Under the pieces are notes generated by a model. That model was not told where the DNA came from. It did not search any database and worked only from the letters and a program-made list of their open reading frames with translations. From Selaginella moellendorffii (Eukaryota; Plantae; Lycopodiophyta), in contig NW_003314364.1 of assembly GCF_000143415.4 (NCBI RefSeq), positions 348,561 to 412,560 on the forward strand: a stretch of 64,000 nucleotides of DNA. The letters are read 5' to 3'. A program made the translations under genes and the position numbers. Positions 36,123 through 47,828 of this stretch are shown here, one piece after another; position 1 is the first letter of the stretch, and each line of letters begins with the position of its first letter.

Positions 36123-39100
36123 ATGAGCGGCCATGACTCCAAGTACTTCACCACCACCAAAAAGGGAGAGATCCACGAGCTCAAGGAGGAGCTCAACTCG
36201 CAGTACAAGGTATGCGCGGCGGCGCTTCGACGCGCGCTTCAAAAACCCTCTTCTTAACATTCACTCTCTCGCCCCGCCCGCATTGCCTTCCAGGACAAGA
36301 AGAAGGATGCGGTGAAGAAGGTGATTGCTGCAATGACGGTGGGCAAGGACGTGAGCATGCTCTTCACCGATGTCGTCAACTGCATGCAAACCGAGAACCT
36401 GGAGCTCAAGAAGCTCGTCTACCTCTACCTCATCAATTACGCCAAGAGCCAGCCGGATCTCGCCATTCTCGCAGTCAACACATTTGTCAAGGTGAGCCCC
36501 CCGGATTTGCTGCTCGCTCACACGCTCGTTCCTCGCAGGATTCTCAAGATCCCAACCCCTTGATCCGAGCCCTGGCTGTCCGGACCATGGGCTGCATTAG
36601 AGTTGACAAGATCACCGAGTACCTGTGTGATCCACTGCAGAGATGTCTCAAGGTACCACTTTCCTTGCCTTGCTTCCATGTTTCGTCTAAGCTCTTCCAT
36701 CTTTTCCACTCCCAGGACGACGACCCCTACGTCCGAAAGACAGCCGCTATCTGTGTTGCCAAGCTGCACGATATCAATGCCGAGCTGGTTGAAGACCGAG
36801 GCTTTCTGGAAATCCTCAAGGATCTCATCTCCGACAGCAATCCGATGGTGGTTGCCAATGCTGTCGCTGCCCTTGCCGAGATCCAGGAGGGCACCACCAA
36901 AATCATCTTCGAGATCACAAACCACACTCTCTTCAAGCTCCTGGCTGCCCTCAACGAATGCACAGAGTGAGTTCAATGGTACAGATGCTCTCCCTCTCTA
37001 TGGCTTCTCACTGCTAAGCATTGGTTTCTTTTTTCTTTTTTCTTTCGTTCCAGGTGGGGTCAGGTCTTTATCCTAGACGCTCTCTCAAGATACAAAGCCA
37101 AGGACGTCCGCGATGCAGAGAACATTGTGGAGAGAGTGACACCGCGCCTCCAGCACGCTAACTGTGCGGTGGTTCTCTCCGCTGTCAAGGTAAAACCAGG
37201 CTAGATAACATCTCTGACTTCACGTCCACAGGTTATTCTGCAACAAATGGAGCTTATTACGAGCACTGATGTTGTCCGGAATCTGTGCAAGAAAATGGCA
37301 CCACCTCTCGTCACGCTTATCTCCGCTGAACCAGAGATTCAATACGTGGCCCTGCGGAACATCAACCTCATTGTGCAGCGCAGGCCGACTATTCTTGCTC
37401 ATGAAATCAAGGCAAGCTTGACCACCTCGCGCTACTGAATCGTGTTCTCCTCTTTTACCTTCAGGTTTTTTTCTGCAAGTACAACGATCCCATCTATGTG
37501 AAAATGGAAAAGCTAGAAATTATGATCAAGCTTGCTTCTGATCGAAATATTGACCAGGTTCGTCCCATTATCGGCGAGAGTTTCTGACGCTAGGAATTTT
37601 CGATGTGCCGCAGGTGCTGCTGGAATTTAAAGAATACGCCACGGAAGTTGACGTTGATTTTGTTCGAAAAGCCGTTCGAGCCATAGGTCGATGCGCTATC
37701 AAGCTTGAGCGGGCAGCAGAGCGCTGCATTAGCGTCCTCCTCGAGCTCATAAAGCTCAAAGTTAACTATGTCGTGCAGGAAGCGATAGTAGTGATCAAAG
37801 ACATCTTCCGCCGCTATCCAAACACGTAAGAAAGTCGTTTCTCACGGTTTTGAAAAAATACAATTTCGTGCTTGCAGGTACGAGTCCATAATCGCAACGC
37901 TTTGTGAGAACCTGGATAACTTGGATGAACCCGAAGCCAAGGTTTACCTTCGCGTTTCACCTTTACGAAGAGAGAAACGAGATTTTTTTTACCGCCTGGT
38001 CCATGATTGTGCACTGCAGGCGTCCATGATCTGGATCATTGGTGAATACGCGGAGCGCATTGACAATGCGGATGAGTTACTCGAAGGTTTCCTCGAGACG
38101 TTCCCCGAGGAGACCGCCCAGGTCCAGTTGCAATTGCTGACGGCGACTGTGAAGCTTTTCCTGAAGAAACCAACGGAGGGGCCACAGCAAATGATTCAGG
38201 TTGATGTCCGTGCCTTTATTTTATATTTACACTCGCTCCTTCTCCCGCAGGTTGTGCTTAACAATGCAACACAAGAGACGGATAATCCAGACCTTCGCGA
38301 TCGTGCATACATTTACTGGCGATTGCTTTCCACGGATCCGGAGGTCTGTGTTGACTTTTCTTATAGTTTATTATCAGTTGGTAGCTTGTATGCTTCTTCT
38401 GTGCTTGCAGGCAGCCAAGGATGTCGTGCTCGCGGAGAAGCCGACCATTAATGATGACTCGAACATGTTGGAGCCGTCGCTCTTGGATGAATTGCTTTCA
38501 AACATTGCTACGTTGGCTTCGGTTTACCACAAGCCTCCGGATTCTTTTGTGAGCCGCGTCCGTGCAACAGTCCAGCGTGACGATGACGAAGAATATGCAG
38601 CAGAGAGTCTTGATCCAGAGTCGTCTTCTGCACCAGTCTCGGAGATTACCACCTCCGTGGCTGCGCCAGGAGGTGTCCCAGGGCAGCCTGCTGCTGCTCC
38701 TGATCTTCTAGGAGACTTGATGGGTTTGGATGGATCAGCTGATCAACAATCAATGACCAGGTAAGAGTGTGTGAACTGACGTGCTAAGAGAAGTCTTCAT
38801 TCTTTGTGTTGCTTACAGATCACTGCCAGTTCTGCTTAGTGCGTCCGCGGGCCAGGGCTTGCAAATTAGTGGCAAGCTGGTTCGCAGGAATGGTCAAGTG
38901 GTTTACAGCCTGACGTTCGAGAACAGCTCACAGATACCACTGGACGGCTTCATGATACAGTTCAACAAGAACACATTCGGTTTGGCAGCTGCGGCTCCGC
39001 TTCAACTGCCACCTTTGGTACCTGGACGATCCGAAAGTGTGGCGCTGCCGATGGTGATGTATCAGAACGTTGCTCCCGGCCCTCCAAACTCCCTTCTCCA

Positions 39101-39578
39101 AGTTGCTGTTAAGAATAACCAGCAGCCAGTCTGGTATTTCAACGACAAGATCTCTATCGAAGCTTTGTTTGGCGAAGATGGGAAAATGGAACGACAGCAC
39201 TTTCTGGAGGTACAAGTTTTTTTTCTTAGCGCTTGCGTGCTCTGACTAATAATTCCTTTCAACCTTGCCCAGACTTGGAAGACTATTCCCGACTCACACG
39301 AGTTTATCAAGGAGTTACCCAGTGTTTGTGTCAACAGTGTGGAGTCAGCAATCCAGAAGCTGCAAGCCACCAACCTGTTTTTCATTGCACGCAGGGCCCA
39401 GAAAGAAACGAGGCAAGAGCTGCTTTACCTGTCCGCCAAAGTTCCCCCCAACATTGTTTTCCTTCTGGAGCTGGCGACCGTGGTTGGGACGGCAGGTGTT
39501 AAGTGCGCCGTCAAGACGGTATCCCCGGAGATGGCACCGCTTCTCTTTGATGCACTTGAAGCGCTGTTGAGTACATGA
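36123..39578 (+). CDS. AP-1/AP-2 complex beta-adaptin, multi-exon
   Basis: [83 protein letters not shown] and appendage [12 protein letters not shown]. Confidence 0.94.
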
Positions 39579-40931
39579 ATCTCTACCTCCTTGCAAGCGG
39601 CGGCTTCGGAAGGCTCGTACTTCCCATTTTGTTGCTTAGATATATAAAGTATTTGCAGTGTGCGATTTAAGTGTAAACAACAAATTTCAACCTAAGATTC
39701 AATGTTTGCTCATTGTCTTTTATCTGTAAAAGGAAACAACAAGGTATTCATCAATGTACATAAAAAATCAACATATTATTAATATCCCTGTATACCGCAA
39801 GCACTGATGTGGATCACACATTTATGTGTATTGCCCTAGTGTTTTCTCCAAACTTGAGCAAAAGAGGTGACGACTCCCATGCCCTTTCCAACAACACACC
39901 TAAAAGAATTGACTGGATTTACCTGTGCTTGTGACTATTGGCAGAGTGGGGGTAAAATTCGGTGCCACATACATGCCACTACACTAGCACTTTGTAAGCT
40001 TTTAAGAATCCAGGTTTAAACCCTAAAAACCGGTAAACCCTAAACCTCAGGTTGGTCATAGGACATAAATCCTTGGAATGTCCCAATAAGCATAATATAA
40101 AATTTTGCATCAATATCACGAGGGAAAATGTGGTGAAGTTGAAGGGATTGACAAATTAGCTAATGTAAACTATGAGAAAAAAAAGGTGAATTATTTTCCT
40201 CAAATCTTTCTTGCAGTTAATGCAAACATTGATATGTTAATGTATTTTATAAACTTTGTCTGTGGACATCGAGTTTGAATGATGATTAATACCAGAGCTA
40301 TATATAACATGACATCTGAAGACTTAGTTAAGTATTTGTGTATAAGTGTTGTGGATGCTATTTCAAGTATCAAAAGATATTAATCAGCTAATCCTTTCAA
40401 ACAATGTCTCTTTATTGCCAAATGGTAAGAGATTGGAATTATTAGTTCCCTTTGTTAGTCCAGTGTAGTAAATTTGCCTTAGTATGTATATTTAACTAGA
40501 TAAATATAATGTAAGAACTTCTATGTATTTCTTATTAAACATACTTAACCTAGCTTTTAGTTTTATTTATTTTTTGCTATGTTTTGTACTGGTTTGGCAA
40601 AAACCTTTGCATATTGAGCTTAATTCTTTAACATTGTTGCATAATAGTTTACCACCCTTACTATTATGCCCTATATGTTAGTCTGGTTTTGGTCCCATGT
40701 GCTATTTAGGGCAAGTGAGGTATATCTACAAAATGTAGAGAGTGTCTTGAAAATCATAGTACATCTTAATTCACGAACTAGTATTATTCCATATTTAGTA
40801 AGTTTTCAAGCTTGTCTTAGAGATCATGCTTTCATATAAGGGGGGAGGGGTTTTGATTGAGTTTGATTGCAAAATCCATTATAAACATGAGAAGAAGAAT
40901 ATTATGGTATGCTTTAAGTTAAAAAGCAAAT

Positions 40932-42075
40932 TGTGAGACACAAATCCCTAAGTCCTAAAGTGGAGCCCAAAGTGTGTCATATGGTAGTAGCTGAAACAGA
41001 AGCCCAACAAACATGACACGTTTGGACTAAAAGCTCCAACTTAGAAAGTCAAGAGCAGGAGTGGAACTCCCAAAGAAGTGCTCAAAAAATGAGCACGAAG
41101 CAATTATAAAGTGAAACTTGAAAAGAAGATAAAAGATAACAAGTGTTATAACATGCAAAAGTGTAGGAGTGAGGTTCCGATGAGCTACACAAGGTATCCA
41201 AGTAAATAGTGCCATTTATACTTGGATTATGAGTATTGACCATCTAATCTTTCAGAAGAGTTAAAGTTAACTTTGGAACATTTTACCAAGTTACCCCACT
41301 TGTCTATTTATATACACTCTAGCCTTGGACTCCTTAATGATTTTATCATCACCCACTACATGGGTTTAACTTTCCTTAGCATTTCTTGGCCAAATTGGTT
41401 CCATTGGAGCCCTCCCCCTACTATCATATAGAGACTCACTAAACCCCTAAGGTTTGGGAGGTAATCACTTTGGGCTTTTACCCTTGGATTTAGACTCGAA
41501 CTTAGACTTAAACTAAGACTTAGTCTTGGTTGCAGTCTCAGTCTTGATCTTGGTCTTAAACCTAGTTTCAAACTCTATGTGGCAGAAGGTGGGGCAAGTA
41601 CCCACAAGGCTTATGTTAGATCATGGTGTTTCGAAACATCATCCCAAAATCTTAGATTATGGAAAAAAAGAAGAGTGGTCCTCTTGTTTGGTGACCAAGG
41701 GTATAATTACGTGGTGAGGAAGTCCCAAAGGTTAGTAGGCTTTGTGGGTGGGCCTTTAGGCCCTAGACACATGGTAGTGTTGGTGAGCATTGCCATGAAT
41801 AAAGAGGGACTTGGTAGAGATCGAAGGAGGGATATTAGAAGATGGTGTTCTCTTTGGCTTAAGGCATTTTAAATATGCCATGGTGTGATCATGGAATGAC
41901 CACTTATAAATGGATAGCCTAATTTTGGAGAGACAAGATTGTGTTGCAAATGGTCTTAGACTACCAATGAGATAAAGGTGAATGAATATAACTTTAATAT
42001 AATAGGTTGAGATGTCAGTAGTACCTTTGGGTGTCGAAAGTGAGATTGAATATATAAAGCACTTGGACTAAGGTA
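40932..42075 (+). mobile_element. Old, C->T-eroded LTR of the 1.8-kb family with an inverted middle segment
   Basis: Starts TGTGAGACACAAATCC. About 41165-41578 matches the LTR on the minus strand; 41579-42075 matches on the plus strand again. Confidence 0.75.
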
Positions 42076-42605
42076 AAAATACTAGGTATAAAAACTATAT
42101 ATAGAAATCACAAAACTTAGTTTTTTAAATTTAAAAGTTTATTAGTAAACAAAACTCATAAAGAACATAGTTTTGTTTACACCAAAACACAGTTTTGTTT
42201 ACTTACCAGATAAGTAAGTATGATAAAAAAAATTGATGTTTCTTGTTTATGGTTTAGGTACTATAGGCCAACTATAAAATGACTTTAAATTGATTTAAAG
42301 GTTTTACTTCTGAATTCTTATTAAGTTTTATTTTTAGAAATTTTAAAAACTAAAATTTAAAGTTTAAATAAATAAATTTTAAGTATTTTATGAAAATAAA
42401 AATATTAATAAAATAAATAAATTTAAATCATGAATTTTTAATTTTAATTTTTATCAAGTATTATTTATTAAGTACTTTTAATATTTAATATATTCTTATA
42501 AAACCATGACTTAGTGACTTATCATTTAAAATTTCCTCCTTAAATAAGAAGTGTATTTTAGTCATTAAAGTATTCATTTATGGATAAAATATAATAAATT
42601 TAGAA

Positions 42606-42970
42606 TCAAAGGCTTCCAGTATAAATTAAACACTTAGTCATATTTTCATTAGGGTTTTTGAGTTGAGCACCATCTCTAGGATGTAATGGCTGAGGAGTGT
42701 AGGGCTGCAAGGCTTCCAACACCATGGCACTGCTATGGTTGAAGAGTAGTTGTGGAAGGCAGTGCCCTATCTTGTCACAGACACACCTTGCAATGTCCAC
42801 TCTATTGCTAAACTCCACCATGATCGGACTCTTGCCCAAGACAAGCTCCAGCGGCACCACTCCAAAGTTGGAGATATCACTTTTCTCAATCACCTTGAGA
42901 GTATAAGCATGGCAGGGAGCTTTCTGGTGCAAGAGCCATGGCTGTGACTAGGAGCTGGATAATCAAGAGT
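42606..42970 (-). pseudogene. Receptor-like kinase C-terminal fragment
   Basis: [29 protein letters not shown] resembles kinase subdomain IX (YAYTLKVxEKSDIYSFGVVLLEL). No N-lobe is present. Confidence 0.6.
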
Positions 42971-43189
42971 TAAAAAAGAATTTTAAAGATTTTAAAAAAG
43001 AGAGAGAGATATTTTCCCAGGCTGGGTATTGAGCAAGAGAAGAGTAAGGTGCTGTATTTTGTCTTTCTAGTGCTCCATGATTTTCACAATATTTGCAAAA
43101 TAATTTTTAAAAAAAGAGGGAAAGCTTACCTATTCTTGGAGGCTAGAAAAAATTATCTCAGAACAAGATAAGATATTAACTAATAAGTT

Positions 43190-43860
43190 CTGGAGGACTC
43201 TTTTAGAAGAATATCACACCAAACTAAAATTCAACATAGCCTATCACCTACAAATATTAAGTATTGAATAAAGTTCTGTGATATTAATGAATCTTGATAG
43301 ATGGACAAACAGAAAATATGAATAAACAATTGAAGGATTATTTGTGATGTTATGTCTCCAAAAACTAGACAAATTGGATATTTCATTTAAGACTTCTGAA
43401 AATATGCTATGACAACTCACCAAATTTAAATTTTAAAGTAAATTTATAGGAAGTCATCATTGGATAAGCTATTGAAAGTCCCATATAACTCAGTATGGCC
43501 AAGTATTATGGAAAGTTGCTTGTAGTGGAGGCATTTATGGTAGAAAGACTTAGGCCATCCCCCTCGAGCTTCATTTACTTTTAGGTTAATTTTTGGCTTA
43601 TCCTACGAGGTTCTTAGTATTCAGCACCTTCTTGCCCCATATCTCTATGTTGCTAATTTGCATATTTTATTTATCTTTGTTAAGCCCATTCTAAGGAATT
43701 CTTCAACAAATTCCAAATGTTGATCTTAAATTCTTTAAACAAGGGCTGGCTCAAATTAGTTATTGCCTCAAGCTTCCTCAGAAGATGGAGAAAATGCACC
43801 CATATTCTACGTGAATTTATTCAAGTTGTACTTTGAGGACCTCTTTTGTGAAAAGACAAG
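43190..43860 (+). mobile_element. Highly degenerate Ty3/gypsy integrase remnant
   Basis: KLKFNIAYH...DGQTENMNKQLKDYL and YCLKLPQKMEKMHHIFYV, with stop codons. Confidence 0.5.
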
Positions 43861-44355
43861 CCTTGAGCTTATGTTAGGCATCCCATGGCTGATTAGTGGC
43901 AACATAATGGCCCTGGGATTATGACCTTGAATTTGATAGTGTTCTTTAGAAATCAGATCTTCAGAGTGTAGGATTGACAGAGTTTGAGGGAGGATTTCTA
44001 AAGCACGAGAGAGTGCCTCATGGCCTACTAGCAGCAATTTAGTGGCCCTGAGAAAATCTGAGGGATAGAAGAGTGTTTTTGGTCTCTTTCTTGCAAAGGG
44101 TGTGTAACAATGGGGCAATTGTGCCTTGCCTAGTGCTTTGGAGCCCCATCTTTCCAGTTCTAGGGTGGCTTGCAGCCGGCCAATGGAAACACAATAGCTC
44201 CAAGCCATCCCTCCCCTTCCTTTTTCGCACAAGACCCTAAAAATTAGAAAAATAAAAGGTCATTGATCAGGTTTTTAAATGCCATCATGCTTGAGAAACC
44301 ACCTATATTATCAAATGTGCAGTCAAAGGGAGAAGAGCACACAGGGGAGAGTGCC

Positions 44356-44662
44356 TGTTAGGATCCTATCCTTTACACCCTAAGCCAATTGGCTAAAGGG
44401 GTGATCACTTGATTGTAGGGCCCTTTCCTTATTCTATTATCTTGACTTGGTGCCTAACAATCCTCCCCTCGTTAGGGCATGATCGTCCGCGATCATACTT
44501 AGGCCACCCTCTGGTCACCATGGTCCTTCTTTTAGGGTCTACTAAACCTTGGTTCTCCCTCTAGATCCACCATGTTGAATATTCCTTTAGAATATTCTTG
44601 CCCCACTCGTTAGCCACGAGAATCGAATTGGGCTTCGATACCAATGCTATAATCCTATCCCT
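44356..44662 (-). mobile_element. TRIM-type miniature LTR element, 5' LTR truncated
   Basis: On the minus strand: an 18-bp 5' LTR remnant (44645-44662), PBS TGGTATCGAAGCC, ~185 bp internal sequence, polypurine tract (PPT) GAGGGGAGGA, and a 104-bp 3' LTR at 44356-44459 (TGTTAGGCACC...GGATCCTAACA). Confidence 0.75.
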
Positions 44663-47600
44663 CGTTAGGCGCCAACTTTGACCACATGGTCAACATGGGT
44701 CAAAGGGAGGCTCAAGGGTATATTAAGGCATGTTAGGGTGAGGGACTTAACTTACCCTAGGGCTCACAGTGGAGCGGCGGCGTAGTGGAGCTTTTAAGGT
44801 GGGTGGTGAGGAACCTCAGGAGGTGGCATAGCATAGTCTAGGGTGACTAGATCTCTGTCTTTTTGTGCCGGATCATAACATTGGTATCAGAGGAGTTGGT
44901 TGTGATGGCCGACCAAGATGAACACTGGAATCCTATTGTCGATGGTGGTGCCGACGATGGTGCTGACAGAGCTGCGGAGATTTAGACCATTCAAGATGTG
45001 GTTCATGAGCTGCGAGCCCTTATGGCCAATCTCCTTCTCACGGTAAGTTAGATACTAAAAAGTTGCAAACTTTGCAGTGTGAGGATGACGAGAATGACCA
45101 TTCCGGTCGGAGGAAGAGACTTTCGATCGTTGCTCATTAGCTCAACTATGTGTGGAATAAGATGGAGCTCGAGGATATGCATGAATTAGCTTTAATGCTA
45201 GAGGGCGTGTTCCTAGACAGTGGGAGCGATGACAACTTTGTTTTGGCAAAGTTTGTTGCGGAGCATGGCCTGGTCACATGTGGAGTTCTTCCATACACAG
45301 TGGAAGGTGCAGCTACCTCTGCTCAACATTTTGATGCTTGTATCGAGGGGCTGGAAGTGTTGGTTAGCAAAACCACACTTGTGAAGACTTTTTTTATCTC
45401 GTATATCCATCGTGTGGATCTCATTCTTGGGATGTTATGGTTGGTGAAGGTGGATCCAGAGATAAAGTGGAGTATTAAGTGTATCTCGCTAGAGTATAGT
45501 GGCATTAAAGATGTGTGGTTTGACGAGGGCGTTCAACCACCAATTGCTATGCTCTCTACTACATCTTTGAAGCGGGCTTGTCGTAATGGAAAAACACTTT
45601 CGAGTTACTTACTGTTTGTTTAGGGAAGAAATAGCAGTACGGGATGTACTTGACGAGTTTTCTGATGTTTTTCCATCTGAACTTCCTCATGGGTTGCCTC
45701 CATTATGAGGTGTGGAGCATGGGAGCCGGGAACGTGGCCAATTTACCGGTGTTCATTTCAGTTAAGTTATGTGGAGGAGTAAGAAGTTCAATGACAAGTC
45801 AAGGAGTTACTTGAGTTTTGATTTATTTAGCCAAGTAAGTCCCTGTTTGGTGCTCCGGTCTTGCTTGTGAAGAAGGACGGTTCAATGCAGATGTGTATTG
45901 ACTACTGCGCTTTGAACAAGAAGATAGTGAAGGATAAAATGCTGATGCCACGTGTGGATGATATCTTGGACAAGCTTGGTGAAGCACGAATGTTTACCAA
46001 GATTGATCTGAGGAGTGGATATCATCAGATTGCAATGGATAATGCATCTCTCTCCAAGACGGCATTCAACACAAGCTTCAGACATTTTGAGTTTACAATT
46101 ATGTTGTATGGTTTGATGAATGCACTGGCCACATTTACTCGGTTGATGACGGAGGTATTTGGGCATTATCTTCATGAGTTTGTGGAGATGTTTTTGGACG
46201 ATATTCTTGTTTTTAGCAAGAATATGGAGGAGCATAAGGTGCATTTGCGCAAGGTTCTTTTGTTACTTTGAGACAGCAAATTTTATACGAAGAAGAGCAA
46301 ATATGAATTTGCAAAGTCGGAGGTGGAATATCTAGGCCATATTATGACATCTAAGGGTGTCAAGATGGATCCAAGGAAGGTGGCTGTATATCTTTTCACA
46401 CAAAAGGAGTTGAACACTAGGCAAGCTCGTTGGATGGTCAAACTCATGGAGTTTGGGGAGTTTCCTATTGAACATCGTCTGGGAAAATCAAATGTGGTGG
46501 CAGATGCTTTATCTCGTATTCATCATATGACGACATTACAAACACGATTTTGTCATCATTTGAGTAAGGTGGTCAGTAAGTTTGGGCAGTTGGTTGAGCA
46601 TGCTCAGGCTCAAGATGCTGAGGTGGCCTCTTTGTGAGACCAGATGGAAGCCCCTCTCTCATTTGTGGATGGGATTCTCTATTACAATGGCCGTGTATAT
46701 TTGCCACGGATGGATGTGTTAATTACTCAAGTTTTATTCCACTATCATGATCATCTAGAGGCCGGTCATTTTGGGGGGAAGAAGATGTATGAGTTGATTA
46801 AGCGCAACTTTTATTGGAGGAATATGAATGCTAATATCCTCAAGTATTGTAAATCATGCGAACTTTGTCAGCGGGTTAAGGTGCCACGAGAGAAGCCGAG
46901 GGGACTTTTGCAACCTTTACCTATTCCTTAGAGCCGTTGGTGTAGTATCTCTATGGACTTCATCACTTGTTTGCCATGAACACAAAGGCAAAAGGAGCAA
47001 GTATGGGTCATAGTGGATCGGTTGATGAAGTATGTGCGGTTGTTGGCTCTTCGAAAGACTATCACTGCCTTGGACTTGGTTGCGGTTTACTTGGAGAAGG
47101 TTTTTCCTGATTTTGGTTTGCCAGAGGATATCATTAGTGATCGTGATTCAAAGTTCACAAGTGGATTTTGGAAAAGCTTTGCAAAGGCTATGCAAGTGAT
47201 TTTGAAACTCTCGAGTGGAGATCATCCTCAAACAGATGGGCAAACCGAGCATGTGAATCAGGTGGTGGAGGATATAGTGAGTGGCAAAACACCTTAGTGC
47301 CTTTACGGATAGGGAAGAGTGATAAACTTTCCCATCAATATGCTGGTCCATATGAAGTGTTGGAGCGCATTGGTAAAGCAGTTTATTGGGTGCGACTGCC
47401 AACTGGGGTGAAAATTCATCCAATGTTTTATGTTAGCCAGTTGAAAGGTGTACTATCTCAGAGTGACAAGCCCAATGCCTCTTTGATGTATATGGCTGTG
47501 GAAGATGGATCAGAAGCTTGAGCAGGGTTCCCTAGAAAGGGTGACCACCAATACAACTTGTCCTTAGGACAAGGACTTTGTTGGGGGGGAAGAATTGCTA

Positions 47601-47828
47601 GGCACCAATTTTGACCACATGGTCAATGTGGGTCAAAGGGAGGCTCAAGGGTATATTAAGGCATGTTAGAGTGAGGGACTTAACCTACCCTAGGGCTCAC
47701 AGTGGAGTGGTGGCACAATGGAGCTTTTGAGGTAGCTCGGGCGTTGTTGGGTGGTGAGGAACCTCAAGAGGTGTCGTAGCATAGTCTAGGGCAACTAGAT
47801 CTTTGTCTTTTTGTGCCGGATCATAATA
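44663..47828 (+). mobile_element. Older, internally deleted Ty3/gypsy element, same family as 50825-55756
   Basis: LTRs 44663-44880 and 47596-47828, PBS TGGTATCAGAG, PPT GGGGGGGAAGAA. Fragments of protease (LDSGSDDNF), RT (FLDDILVF) and integrase remain. Gag, RNase H and integrase carry deletions. Confidence 0.9.
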
